From contig CAUUHY010000002.1 of the NCBI GenBank assembly GCA_963545265.1, forward strand, positions 12,953 to 76,952: a DNA stretch of 64,000 nt, read 5' to 3'. The notes under the pieces are model-generated. The model did no database searches. It saw only the letters and a program-made list of their open reading frames with translations, and was not told the origin of the DNA. Positions 45,763-55,500 of this stretch are shown piece after piece. This DNA comes from an uncultured Eubacteriales bacterium. GTDB lineage: Bacteria; Bacillota_I; Bacilli_A; RF39; UBA660. The translations under genes and the position numbers were made by a program. Within the stretch, counting starts at the first letter, position 1. Every line of letters starts with the position of its first letter.

Positions 45763-47678
45763 TATTTAAGATTCTCCTTTCCAAAATCATCTTCCATAGT
45801 AAAATCGACGTTTTCTTCTATCCAAGCTTTTCTTGGTTCTACATCTTCTCCCATTAATACAGATATTCTCTTATCTGATAATAATTTATCTTCATTTACT
45901 ACTTTAATTAAAGATCTAGTTTCAACATTCATTGTCGTCTCAGCAAGTTCTGAAGCATTCATTTCCCCAAGCCCTTTATATCTTTGTATATTTACTACTT
46001 CGTTCTTTTCAGATAAATCTGCTTTTTCTTGATCTGTATATACATAAACACTCTTCTTATTAGAAAAAGTCATCTTATAAAGAGGTGGCATAGCTATATA
46101 AAGCTTTCCATTATCTACTAAATCTTTCATAAAACGATAGAAAAATGTAAGTAACAAACACTGTATATGACTTCCATCAAAGTCAGCATCGGTCATTATA
46201 ATTATCTTATCGTATTCCATTTCATTAACGTCGAAGTTAGATCCATATCCTGCTCCAATTGTATTAATGATTGTCGCTATTTCTTCATTAGCTAAGATAT
46301 CAGACTCTTTTGCTTTTTCAGTATTTATTATTTTACCTCTTAAAGGTAGTATAGCTTGATATTTCCTATCTCTTCCACCTTTTGCTGAACCTCCAGCTGA
46401 GTTTCCTTCAACTAAAAATAATTCTTTTTTAGTTTTATCTTTAGATTGAGCAGGTACTAATTTACCAGATAAAGTAAGTGATTTAGATTGAGTATTTCCT
46501 GATCTAATATTTTCTCTTGCTTTTCTAGCAGCTTCTCTTGCTTGTTTACTTTTTTGTATCTTATCAATTAAGATAGTAGCTATTTTATTATTTTCTTCTA
46601 AGTAAAAAGGTAATTTTTCACTAACGACTGTATCTACTGCACTTCTTGCAATAGGGGTTCCAAGTTTTGATTTAGTTTGACTTTCAAATTGTAAGATAGA
46701 TTCAGGTATCTTAACTGATATAATTGCAGTTAAACCTTCTCTAACATCACTTCCTTCAAAAGTTTTATCTTTAGATTTTAAAATGTTATTCTTTTTAGCA
46801 TATTCATTTAATATTCTAGTAAGGGAAGATTTAAAACCAAGCTCATGAGTTCCACCATCTACTGTTTTAACATTATTAACAAAAGAGATGATGTTTTCAG
46901 AATAGTTCGTAGTATATTGCATTGCTATTTCTACTTCTATATCATTTTTAGTACCACTAAAGTATAAAGTATCACAAAGTCCTTCTAAATCTTCATTAAC
47001 AAAATTTACAAATTCTTTTAATCCATCTTCATAGTGATATAAGTTTTTCTTATCTCCATCTTCATCTATTACTTCGATAGTTATATTTTTAATTAAAAAT
47101 GCTACTTCTTGCATTCTTTCAGATATAGCTGTAAAAGAAAACTTAGCATCTTTAAATATTTCTTTATCTGGAAGAAAAGTTACTGTCGTACCTGTTCTAT
47201 TCGTCTTATCAAGTTTAGTTAATGGAGATAAAACTTTACCACCGTTATTAAACTCTATTTCATATTTATAACCATCTCTTTTTATTTCTACTTTTAAATA
47301 ACTACTTAAGGCATTAACAACTGATGCTCCAACCCCGTGAAGTCCACCACTAGTCTTATATCCGCCTTCTTCAAACTTCCCACCAGCATGTAAAATAGTA
47401 TAAATAACTTCAGGTGTTGAGATACCTGATGCATGCATTCCAACTGGTACTCCTCTTCCATTATCTGAAACAGTTAATGAATTATCTTTATGAATAATAA
47501 TTTTTATATAATCACCATATCCATTAGATATTTCATCTATCGAGTTATCTATTATTTCCCATGCTAAATGATGAAGGCCTCTTTTATCAGTAGAACCTAT
47601 ATACATACCAGGTCTTTTTCTAACCGCATCAAGACCTTCCATTATCTTTATAGAATTTTCATCGTAACTATTATTCAT
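45762..47678 (-). CDS. parE: DNA topoisomerase IV subunit B
   Basis: GHKL ATPase motifs (LEGLDAVRKRPGMYIG, EIIDNSIDE, GGLHGVGASVVNA) and Toprim EGNSAGGS plus IMTDADFDGSHI. Called parE because of its partner. Confidence 0.85.
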   Translation of the reverse strand: MNNSYDENSIKIMEGLDAVRKRPGMYIGSTDKRGLHHLAWEIIDNSIDEISNGYGDYIKIIIHKDNSLTVSDNGRGVPVGMHASGISTPEVIYTILHAGGKFEEGGYKTSGGLHGVGASVVNALSSYLKVEIKRDGYKYEIEFNNGGKVLSPLTKLDKTNRTGTTVTFLPDKEIFKDAKFSFTAISERMQEVAFLIKNITIEVIDEDGDKKNLYHYEDGLKEFVNFVNEDLEGLCDTLYFSGTKNDIEVEIAMQYTTNYSENIISFVNNVKTVDGGTHELGFKSSLTRILNEYAKKNNILKSKDKTFEGSDVREGLTAIISVKIPESILQFESQTKSKLGTPIARSAVDTVVSEKLPFYLEENNKIATILIDKIQKSKQAREAARKARENIRSGNTQSKSLTLSGKLVPAQSKDKTKKELFLVEGNSAGGSAKGGRDRKYQAILPLRGKIINTEKAKESDILANEEIATIINTIGAGYGSNFDVNEMEYDKIIIMTDADFDGSHIQCLLLTFFYRFMKDLVDNGKLYIAMPPLYKMTFSNKKSVYVYTDQEKADLSEKNEVVNIQRYKGLGEMNASELAETTMNVETRSLIKVVNEDKLLSDKRISVLMGEDVEPRKAWIEENVDFTMEDDFGKENLK

Positions 47679-47695
47679 ATTTAATCTCCAACAAG

Positions 47696-47704
47696 ATTAT
47701 AACA
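47696..47704 (-). promoter_or_regulatory. extended -10 element TGTTATAAT upstream of parE
   Basis: The minus strand reads TGTTATAAT-CTTGTT-GGAG-ATTAAAT-ATG. Confidence 0.45.
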
Positions 47705-47746
47705 TAATTATCAAGTAAAATCATACTTAGAAAAAAGAAAAGAGAA

Positions 47747-48532
47747 TTAATGTTTCTTAATAATTCTCTTTTTGGATTTTTCTAATTCATCACTTTGAAA
47801 ATCTATTTCTTTAATTTTTTCTAGGATAGATTCTTTTACTCTTTGATATGTTTCTTTATCCATATTTTCAAACAAACAATTTTCTTCTAACTCTTTTAAC
47901 TCTTCTTCTTTCCTCTTATATTCAATTTGTAATTTTTTTGGATCTGTTTTAGAAATAAATTTTTTATCTTCAAAATCTCTATATGCAGCATAAAAATCTC
48001 TATATTTTGAATATGTACTTAAACCTTTTATAAAACTCTTTTTTAAATATCTAAGTTCTTCTATTTCTTCTCTTCTTGGAGATTCTTTTCTGGAAAAATT
48101 TCTTATTAAATATAAAACATCATCTCTATATGAAACATTATAGAAAAGAAAATTCTTATTTATATATTCTAAAAAATCTATATCATCTAATATAGTACCT
48201 ATTTGTAAAATTTTTGGATCATCACCATCTAAAATACTATCTGTAATATAAGAAATATTTTCATCCAAAAATAAGACATGTCTTTTACGAAAAGTATTGT
48301 TAATTTTACTAATTACTACAAAGTAACCTTCTTCTTCAATATTTAATCCTTTTTTTAATTCTTCTTCTGAATAAAAAGACGTTAAATTATCTATTTCTTC
48401 TAAGTGATATCTTTCACAATTTATTGAATTTTTTGCAATTTTTACAGTCTTAGCTTTTAAATCGTCTATTTGAATATATCTAAGTCCTGTTTCTTTTCCA
48501 AAAAATATTAAATTATATATTTTTTTTGTCAT
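47747..48532 (-). CDS. hypothetical protein (261 aa), distant paralogue of 40437-41219
   Basis: The ATG at 48532, preceded by GAAGGGG, is preferred over the ORF-track start at 48580. Motif matches are given in findings. Confidence 0.5.
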   Translation of the reverse strand: MTKKIYNLIFFGKETGLRYIQIDDLKAKTVKIAKNSINCERYHLEEIDNLTSFYSEEELKKGLNIEEEGYFVVISKINNTFRKRHVLFLDENISYITDSILDGDDPKILQIGTILDDIDFLEYINKNFLFYNVSYRDDVLYLIRNFSRKESPRREEIEELRYLKKSFIKGLSTYSKYRDFYAAYRDFEDKKFISKTDPKKLQIEYKRKEEELKELEENCLFENMDKETYQRVKESILEKIKEIDFQSDELEKSKKRIIKKH

Positions 48533-48608
48533 TTTAGACCCCTTCAATAAAAATCGAATTATATTATACACTTTTGACAAAAAAATGCAAACAATGTAAT
48601 ATTAAATT

Positions 48609-49568
48609 ATGAAAAAATTATCTATTTTGATACCAGCATACAATGTAGAAAATTATATTGAAGAGTGTATCAACAGTATTTTAAATTTAAACATAGACTA
48701 CGAAATAATAATTATTAATGATGGATCTACTGATAAAACTTTAAAAAAGATTCAAAAATATAAGAAATATAACTATATAAAAATTATAAGTCAAGAAAAT
48801 ATGGGAATATCAAAAACTAGAAATAATTTATTAAAATTAGCAACTGGTAAATATATATTTTTTCTTGATGCAGATGATTATATAAATAAAGAAAATTTTA
48901 TCAAATTATTAAATAATCTAGACAATCAAGATTTGATACTATTTAACTATAATATATATAACAATAATACTAAAAAATTTAAAAAAAATATTTTTAAAAG
49001 TGAATTTAATTTAATAAAAAATAATAAAGAAAAATTTATAGAATTAATTTGTAAAAGAAACGATTTATACTTATGGACTTTTTTAATAAAAAAAGAAATT
49101 ATAACCAAAAAACAAATAGACTTCTTACCATATTTATTTGAAGATTTAGAATTTCTTTTAAAAATTATTTATCATACTAATACTATAGAATTTATAGATT
49201 TAAATATAGTTAATTATAGAATAAATAGAGATAATCAAATAACTAAAATACATAGTTATGAAAATATATCTCATAGAATTATTATGTCAGATATTGTTAT
49301 AAAACAAGTACAAACGTATAATTTACCAAAAAATATAAAAGAAAAATTATATTCTAGAATTGCTAATATATTCTACTCTGCTATACCTTTAATAAAAACT
49401 AAGAATAAAGAAGAACAAGAGTTATTAATGGACTTAATTGATAACTATAGTTACATTTTAAAATATGCCTCAATAAAAACAATTATATTAAAAATTTTAA
49501 TGAAGATAAATAAAAATTTCACATATAACTCTATGAATTATTTATTAAAATTATTTAAACTATATTAA
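48609..49568 (+). CDS. family 2 glycosyltransferase
   Basis: LSILIPAYNVENYIEECINSI, NDGSTD and FLDADD (DxD) motifs. Confidence 0.8.
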   Translation: MKKLSILIPAYNVENYIEECINSILNLNIDYEIIIINDGSTDKTLKKIQKYKKYNYIKIISQENMGISKTRNNLLKLATGKYIFFLDADDYINKENFIKLLNNLDNQDLILFNYNIYNNNTKKFKKNIFKSEFNLIKNNKEKFIELICKRNDLYLWTFLIKKEIITKKQIDFLPYLFEDLEFLLKIIYHTNTIEFIDLNIVNYRINRDNQITKIHSYENISHRIIMSDIVIKQVQTYNLPKNIKEKLYSRIANIFYSAIPLIKTKNKEEQELLMDLIDNYSYILKYASIKTIILKILMKINKNFTYNSMNYLLKLFKLY

Positions 49569-49570
49569 AA

Positions 49571-49600
49571 AATATCAATAGTAATATTGATATTTTATTT
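49571..49600. terminator. bidirectional terminator between the GT2 gene and sodA
   Basis: Stem AATATCAAT / ATTGATATT with a 6-nt loop, flanked by A and T runs. Confidence 0.55.
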
Positions 49601-50191
49601 TGTATATATTTCTTCAGCAATAGTCCAATTAACTAAATCAAACCATTTTTCTAAATATTCTTTTCTTCTATTTTGATATTGTAAATAGTATGCATGTTCC
49701 CATACATCATTTCCAAATATTATTTTAAATCCATCTGTAATAGGACAGTCTTGATTAGAAGTCGGTATTATTTTTAACCCAGTACTATCTTTTACTAACC
49801 AAATCCAACCTGATCCAAATACTTTAAGTCCTTCTTCTACAAATTTTTCTTTAAAAGCATCAAAACTTCCAAAAGTATTATTAATGGCTTTTTCTAATTC
49901 TCCATGTAGTTCTTTCTTATTTGTTGGATTTATAATAGCCCAGTATAAATCGTGGTTATATGCTCCTCCAGCTTGATTTTTTAATTTAGTTCTAATACTT
50001 TCATCTGCTTCTTCTAAATGAGTTAAAATATATTCTAAACTCTTGTCTTCTAAAGAAGTACCTTTTATTAAATTATTAGTATTATCATAATAAGTTTGAT
50101 GATGTTTATCATGATGAAAACTAATTGTTTCACTATTTATAACTGGATTTAAATCATCATATCCATATTCTAATTTTTTAAGTTCTAACAT
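49595..50191 (-). CDS. sodA: Fe/Mn superoxide dismutase
   Basis: LEYGYD.L.P.I, HHDKHHQTY and DVWEHAYYLQYQNRR. Confidence 0.93.
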   Translation of the reverse strand: MLELKKLEYGYDDLNPVINSETISFHHDKHHQTYYDNTNNLIKGTSLEDKSLEYILTHLEEADESIRTKLKNQAGGAYNHDLYWAIINPTNKKELHGELEKAINNTFGSFDAFKEKFVEEGLKVFGSGWIWLVKDSTGLKIIPTSNQDCPITDGFKIIFGNDVWEHAYYLQYQNRRKEYLEKWFDLVNWTIAEEIYTK

Positions 50192-50412
50192 TATTCCTCC
50201 TCTTTAAATTCTTTTAATTCACCATCTTTTAATATTAAATTAATATTATCTTCGGCTTTTTTTAAACTTTCATCACATAATTTAGCAAGTTTCATTGCTT
50301 CATTAAATTTAGTCATAGCTTCATCAAGTGATACTTCACCATTTTCTAATTTTTCTACTATTTCTTCTAAATTTTTTAAATTATCTTCAAAACTTTGTTT
50401 CTTTTCTGCCAT
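50191..50412 (-). CDS. xseB: exodeoxyribonuclease VII small subunit
   Basis: SFEDNLKNLEEIVEKLENGEVSLDEAM..F.EAMKL. 73 aa, directly downstream of xseA. Confidence 0.87.
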   Translation of the reverse strand: MAEKKQSFEDNLKNLEEIVEKLENGEVSLDEAMTKFNEAMKLAKLCDESLKKAEDNINLILKDGELKEFKEEE

Positions 50413-51747
50413 TTATTTCTCCTTTACATCTATTACTTTAGCGTCTATTTTTACTTTTTCTAATTCTATATTTATTAAATCATCTTTATTTATTTTTTTA
50501 TTATCATTTACTATCTCATTATTAAATCTTGTTATAGAATAACCTCTAGTTAACGTCTTAAGAGGTGACAAAGCATCTAATTTAGATACTGATAACATAT
50601 AGTTATTTATAAGTTTATTAATATACGTTTTATAACTAATAACTAAATTGTTTTTTATTTCTTTATAACTACTCTTCTTTTTATCTATTAAAAACATAGG
50701 ATTTTTAAAGATAAAAGATGATTTTAATTTAGATAATTTATTATTATTTATTTCTATTAAATGTTTTATACCAATATTTAATCTATCTAGTATTAAAGAA
50801 AATTTTTCTTCTTTATCTAAATATAAATTTCTTGGATTTTGAAGTATTCTACTCTTCTTTATTTTTAATATTTTATCTTGTAAATTTTTAATCTTATGAT
50901 TAACATTTACAAAACTTCTTTTCTTTAATGAATCAATATAAGTTAATACTTCTTTATAATCTGGCACTGCCATTTCTGCTGCTGCTGTTGGAGTTGGTGC
51001 TCTTAAATCAGCTACAAAATCAGCTATAGTAAAGTCTATTTCATGTCCTACTGCAGATATAACAGGTACTTCTAAATCATATATTGCTCTTGCAACTATT
51101 TCCTCATTAAAACACCACATATCTTCAATAGATCCACCACCTCTACCTACAATTAATAAATCTAAATCATAATTTTTACTTAAATTAATATTCTTAACTA
51201 TATCTTCTGCAGCATATTCTCCTTGAACAAGGGATGGAAAAAGTATTGTTTTAACTAAAGGATATCTTCTTTTTATTGTAGTTAAAATATCTCTTATTGC
51301 TGCACCAGTTGAGGCTGTTATAATTCCAATAGTATTTGGATATCTTGGTATTTTCTTTTTATGAGATTCATCGAATAATCCTTCTTCAGAAAGTTTTTTC
51401 TTTAATTTTTCAAACTCTAAATAAAGATTACCTATTCCATCTTCTTCCATAGAATTAACATATATTTGTAAAGATCCACTTTGTTCATAAACAGATATTT
51501 TACCAGTTATTAATACTTTCATACCATCAGTTGGTAAAAACTTAACATTTTTTGCACTTGATGCAAACATAATTGCACTTATTCTTGCAGTTTCATCTTT
51601 TAATGTGAAATAAAAATGTCCTCTAGTATGTGCTTTAAAGTTACTAATTTCTCCTCTTAAACAAATACTTTGTAAATTAGTATCATTATCAACTTTATAC
51701 TTTAAATACCTAGTAATCTGTGTAGGAGTTAAAATTTCTTTATCCAT
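50413..51747 (-). CDS. xseA: exodeoxyribonuclease VII large subunit
   Basis: N-terminal OB fold (ISNFKAHTRGHFYFTLKD), GIITASTGAAIRDI, GRGGGSIEDMWCFNEE, SAVGHEIDFTIADFVAD.RAPTPTAAAE and a coiled-coil C-terminus. Confidence 0.92.
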   Translation of the reverse strand: MDKEILTPTQITRYLKYKVDNDTNLQSICLRGEISNFKAHTRGHFYFTLKDETARISAIMFASSAKNVKFLPTDGMKVLITGKISVYEQSGSLQIYVNSMEEDGIGNLYLEFEKLKKKLSEEGLFDESHKKKIPRYPNTIGIITASTGAAIRDILTTIKRRYPLVKTILFPSLVQGEYAAEDIVKNINLSKNYDLDLLIVGRGGGSIEDMWCFNEEIVARAIYDLEVPVISAVGHEIDFTIADFVADLRAPTPTAAAEMAVPDYKEVLTYIDSLKKRSFVNVNHKIKNLQDKILKIKKSRILQNPRNLYLDKEEKFSLILDRLNIGIKHLIEINNNKLSKLKSSFIFKNPMFLIDKKKSSYKEIKNNLVISYKTYINKLINNYMLSVSKLDALSPLKTLTRGYSITRFNNEIVNDNKKINKDDLINIELEKVKIDAKVIDVKEK

Positions 51748-52102
51748 TAATTTTTTCCTTTGCTATCTTATCTAAACAAGCATTTATCATAGATTTAACT
51801 TTATCATCACTATATTTTTTAGATAGTTCAACTGCTTCATTTATTGCTATTTTTATATCGATATCAGTATAAATTATTTCATAAGTAGCTACTTCAAGTA
51901 TTGCTTGATCAACTAAACTTAGTCTATCTAGTGTCCAGTTACTTAAATATTTATTGATAATTAAATCTATATCTTTTTGATTTTTATTAACTCCATCTAT
52001 TAAAATATTTGTATATTCACCACTAGACTTTTCTATTTCACTTTTTACTTTTAATTGATATAACTTAATAACCGCTTCTTCTCTTTGTTCTGTTCTTTTC
52101 AT
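51740..52102 (-). CDS. nusB: transcription antitermination factor NusB
   Basis: REEAV..LYQ, W.LDRLSLVDQAILEVATYE and INEAVELSKKY..DK....INA.LDKI. Confidence 0.85.
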   Translation of the reverse strand: MKRTEQREEAVIKLYQLKVKSEIEKSSGEYTNILIDGVNKNQKDIDLIINKYLSNWTLDRLSLVDQAILEVATYEIIYTDIDIKIAINEAVELSKKYSDDKVKSMINACLDKIAKEKING

Positions 52103-52105
52103 ATT

Positions 52106-53380
52106 TTAATCCTTATAAGTAAATTCCATTCCATATATATTAATTTTATCGTCTTCTTTAATACCAGCTTCTTTTAACACTTTATCTATATCCATTTTCT
52201 TAAGTTTTAACATAAATCTCTTATGAGCTTCATATGTATTAAAGTTAGTCATCTTAAATAATTTTTCTAATTTTCTACCTGTTACTACAAATGTATCATT
52301 TACTCTATTTACATATAATTTGTCAAAATCATCTTCTTTAAATTCATAAATCACATGATCTATCGCCTCTTCTTTTTGTTCAAGTTCTTCTTTCTTAAGA
52401 ATTTCTAAAGTATCAGCTAAATAATTCATAACTTTATCTAAACCAATATTCTTAATAGCAGATATTTCAAATATTGGTAAATCTACTTTTTCTTTAAACT
52501 TCTTTAAATTTTCTTCTGCATTAGGTAAATCCATTTTATTAGCAATAATAACTTGAGGTTTTAAAGCTAACTTTTCGTTATAATTTTTAAGTTCTTTATT
52601 AATAAGTAGATAATCTTCATATGGGTCTCTATCATAAGAATCCATATCAATTACATGAGCTATAATTCTACATCTTTCAACATGTTTTAAGAATCTATCT
52701 CCAAGTCCTACTCCTAGACTTGCTCCTTCTATTAAACCTGGTAAATCTGTTAAAACAAAACTCTTACCACTACTTACTCTTACTACTCCAAGATTTGGAA
52801 TAAGTGTAGTAAATGGATAATCAGCAATTTTTGGACGAGATGCAGATACCTTAGATATGATTGTTGATTTACCAACACTAGGAAGACCTACTAAACCAAC
52901 ATCTGCAAGAAGTTTAAGTTCTACTTTTAAAAGTTTTTCTTCACCTTCTTCACCATTTTCTGCAAAATTTGGAGCAGGATTAGCATGAGTTTTAAAAGCT
53001 GTATTTCCTCTTCCACCTCTTCCACCTTCTGCTACTATAAACTCTTTATTATGTTTATCTAAATCACAAATAACTTGATTAGTATCTAAATCTGTAACTA
53101 TTGTTCCAACAGGTACTTTAATATAAACATCTTTAGCATCTTCTCCATGTTGATTTTTACCAAGACCGTTTTCTCCCTTATCTGCTTTAATTAATTTTTG
53201 ATATCTTAAATCAATTAAAGTAGATAATCCTTCATCTGCATAGAAAATAATATCTCCACCTCTTCCACCGTTTCCTCCATATGGTCCTCCCATAGGAACA
53301 TATTTTTCACGACGAAAAGCAAGACATCCGTCTCCTCCATTACCAGCTTTTACTTTTATTTCAACTTCATCTACAAACAT
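52106..53380 (-). CDS. obg: GTPase Obg/CgtA
   Basis: MFVDEV.I.VKAGNGGDG Obg fold with glycine-rich repeats, G domain (GLPSVGKST, DLPGLIEGA, NKMD) and a C-terminal OCT domain. Confidence 0.95.
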   Translation of the reverse strand: MFVDEVEIKVKAGNGGDGCLAFRREKYVPMGGPYGGNGGRGGDIIFYADEGLSTLIDLRYQKLIKADKGENGLGKNQHGEDAKDVYIKVPVGTIVTDLDTNQVICDLDKHNKEFIVAEGGRGGRGNTAFKTHANPAPNFAENGEEGEEKLLKVELKLLADVGLVGLPSVGKSTIISKVSASRPKIADYPFTTLIPNLGVVRVSSGKSFVLTDLPGLIEGASLGVGLGDRFLKHVERCRIIAHVIDMDSYDRDPYEDYLLINKELKNYNEKLALKPQVIIANKMDLPNAEENLKKFKEKVDLPIFEISAIKNIGLDKVMNYLADTLEILKKEELEQKEEAIDHVIYEFKEDDFDKLYVNRVNDTFVVTGRKLEKLFKMTNFNTYEAHKRFMLKLKKMDIDKVLKEAGIKEDDKINIYGMEFTYKD

Positions 53381-53487
53381 AATAACTCCTATAAGAAGTA
53401 TAGCATAAAGAAGCTATAACTTCTATTAATCTATTTATAAATTTTAATTATTTTCTTATATAAAAAATAAAAAGCACAATTGTGCCT

Positions 53488-54327
53488 TTATAATATATTT
53501 AAGATTTCTCTTTTTTTTACTTCTTCTATTATTTTACCAGTTGATGATTTTATACTAATCTCATTTATAATAAAATATTCTTCTTTTGATAACATAAAAT
53601 TACTATACTTTAATGCTTTAGAAATGTTTGATATTTTAAAATTATCTAAATCTAAAAAAGGATTAAACAAATAATATCCATCTACGCCATATTTTTTATC
53701 ATCTATATAAATATATGTAACATAATGTTCTCTTTTCTTTATAATTTCTGACTTTATATCAAAATACATCAATATATACTTAAAAAGTCTATTTAAAGAT
53801 TTCATATTAGCTTTTCTTTCAATAAAGACATCATCAAGATTTTCTATATTGTCTTCTTTAAATTTAGTTAAAAAATCATATATTACTCTAATTTTATCAA
53901 TTACAGAAAAATTATCTTTAAATTTACTTTCAATAATATTTAAATTTTCTATTATAATTTTATATTTCACTAAAGTTGTTACTTTATAATTATTATTTTT
54001 TTCTAAATAAGATATATTCCACGTATTAGGATTTAAATAATTTAGTTTAGTTAATTCTCTTTTTATAAATTTATTATTAGTTAATATATTTTTTTCTACT
54101 CTAGAATCAACTATATATGGAGAAAGTTCTAAATAATATTTTATTTTTGCTACATCATCTATAGATATATTATCTTTAAATTCAATATGTTTTATTGTAT
54201 TTGGAGAAAATAAAATTTCTTTTATTTCAGATAATTTTGATGATGAAAGCTCTTTATTAAATTCTAAATTTACTAGTCCTACATATTTAAAATAATCATC
54301 AGAATTTTCATTCATTTTCTCCCCCAA
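53488..54327 (-). CDS. hypothetical protein, possibly a degenerate transglutaminase-like fold
   Basis: IDKIRVIYDFLTKF .. KANMKSLNRLFKYILMYFDIKSE .. HYVTYIYIDDKKYGVDG is collinear with the Cys/His/Asp core of the ORF at 3-1439, but Met replaces the Cys. Confidence 0.45.
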   Translation of the reverse strand: MGEKMNENSDDYFKYVGLVNLEFNKELSSSKLSEIKEILFSPNTIKHIEFKDNISIDDVAKIKYYLELSPYIVDSRVEKNILTNNKFIKRELTKLNYLNPNTWNISYLEKNNNYKVTTLVKYKIIIENLNIIESKFKDNFSVIDKIRVIYDFLTKFKEDNIENLDDVFIERKANMKSLNRLFKYILMYFDIKSEIIKKREHYVTYIYIDDKKYGVDGYYLFNPFLDLDNFKISNISKALKYSNFMLSKEEYFIINEISIKSSTGKIIEEVKKREILNIL

Positions 54328-54333
54328 ACAATT

Positions 54334-55500
54334 TTATTTTTTAATTCCTTTAAGTCCTTTTAAACCACTAAATCCTTCTAATATATTAGTTTTAAATGTT
54401 CTAATTTTTTTGCTTTCTTTTTTATATTCTCTAATACTAGTACTTATCATTTCATCAAGTTCTTCTGTATAAGTCTTATTAGTCTTATCCCATAAGTAAA
54501 ATGATAATGATCCAGGTATTGTATTTACTTCATTCATATATACTTTTTCTTCTTTTTCATCTATTAAAAAGTCAAGTCTTACAACTCCAGAAAGACCTAT
54601 AACTTTATATACTTCTTTAGCAAGTCTTCTTACTTCGTTAGCTAATTTTTCAGATATATTAGCAGGAATAATTCTAGAAGAACTAGCCATACCTTTTCTT
54701 GATTTAGAACCATTTACATATTTATCTTCATAAGTAAGAAAATCATTTTTACCACCAACTTCTTCAATAACTGATAATTCAAAACTTTCTTGACTACCAA
54801 GAATAGAAATATTAACTTCTTTTAAGTTTTTAATCATTTCTTCTACAATTATTTTTTTATCGTATTCTATCGCTTGATTAATCGCATCTACTATTTCATC
54901 TTCAGTTTTAACAACTTTAATTCCTACTGAAGAACCAAGTGTTGCAGGTTTTACGATAACAGGATATTTTAATTTTTTTATCTTTTCTAAAAGAATATCT
55001 TTTTTATCAATAAATTCAAAGTCGTAAAACCAAATAAAGTCACTTGTTGAAATATCACTTGCTTTATACATAAGTTTTTGAACTACTTTATCTTGTCCAA
55101 TAGCAGATGCTAACTGATCACTTGATACACAAGGTATATCTAATAGTTTTACCATACCTTGAAGTGCTCCGTCTTCTAAATAACTACCATGTCCTATTGG
55201 AAAGATTACATCTACTTCTTTAATTAATCTTTTAAATAACCCTAAAGTTTGTAAATATACTTGATTATTAATTCTTACTATTTGTACTTTTTTAGTATTT
55301 TTCTTCAATAAAGCTAAATCTTTATAGTTATCTATTTCTCTTAGTGGATAACCAGTAAAAAACTCTAATTCTTTAGTAACATAAATTGGTATTATTTCAT
55401 ATTTATTACTATCTATTTTATTCATAGCTTGAACAGCAGTAATAACACTTACTTCATGTTCAACACTTTTTCCCCCAAATATAACTGCTAACCTAATCAT
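54334..55500 (-). CDS. ddl: D-alanine--D-alanine ligase
   Basis: IFGGKSVEHEVS, ATP-grasp motifs (KPATLGSSVGI, EVNTIPG). 4-nt overlap with murF. Confidence 0.9.
   Translation of the reverse strand: MIRLAVIFGGKSVEHEVSVITAVQAMNKIDSNKYEIIPIYVTKELEFFTGYPLREIDNYKDLALLKKNTKKVQIVRINNQVYLQTLGLFKRLIKEVDVIFPIGHGSYLEDGALQGMVKLLDIPCVSSDQLASAIGQDKVVQKLMYKASDISTSDFIWFYDFEFIDKKDILLEKIKKLKYPVIVKPATLGSSVGIKVVKTEDEIVDAINQAIEYDKKIIVEEMIKNLKEVNISILGSQESFELSVIEEVGGKNDFLTYEDKYVNGSKSRKGMASSSRIIPANISEKLANEVRRLAKEVYKVIGLSGVVRLDFLIDEKEEKVYMNEVNTIPGSLSFYLWDKTNKTYTEELDEMISTSIREYKKESKKIRTFKTNILEGFSGLKGLKGIKK

Noticed and set aside
43312-47678. Calling this pair gyrB-gyrA rather than parE-parC.
   Set aside because: The A subunit lacks a GyrA box (QRRGGKG-like) at the start of its C-terminal domain; the corresponding segment reads STRSYNATD. 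The locus is near the predicted terminus rather than near dnaA/oriC. A phylogeny is still needed to be certain.
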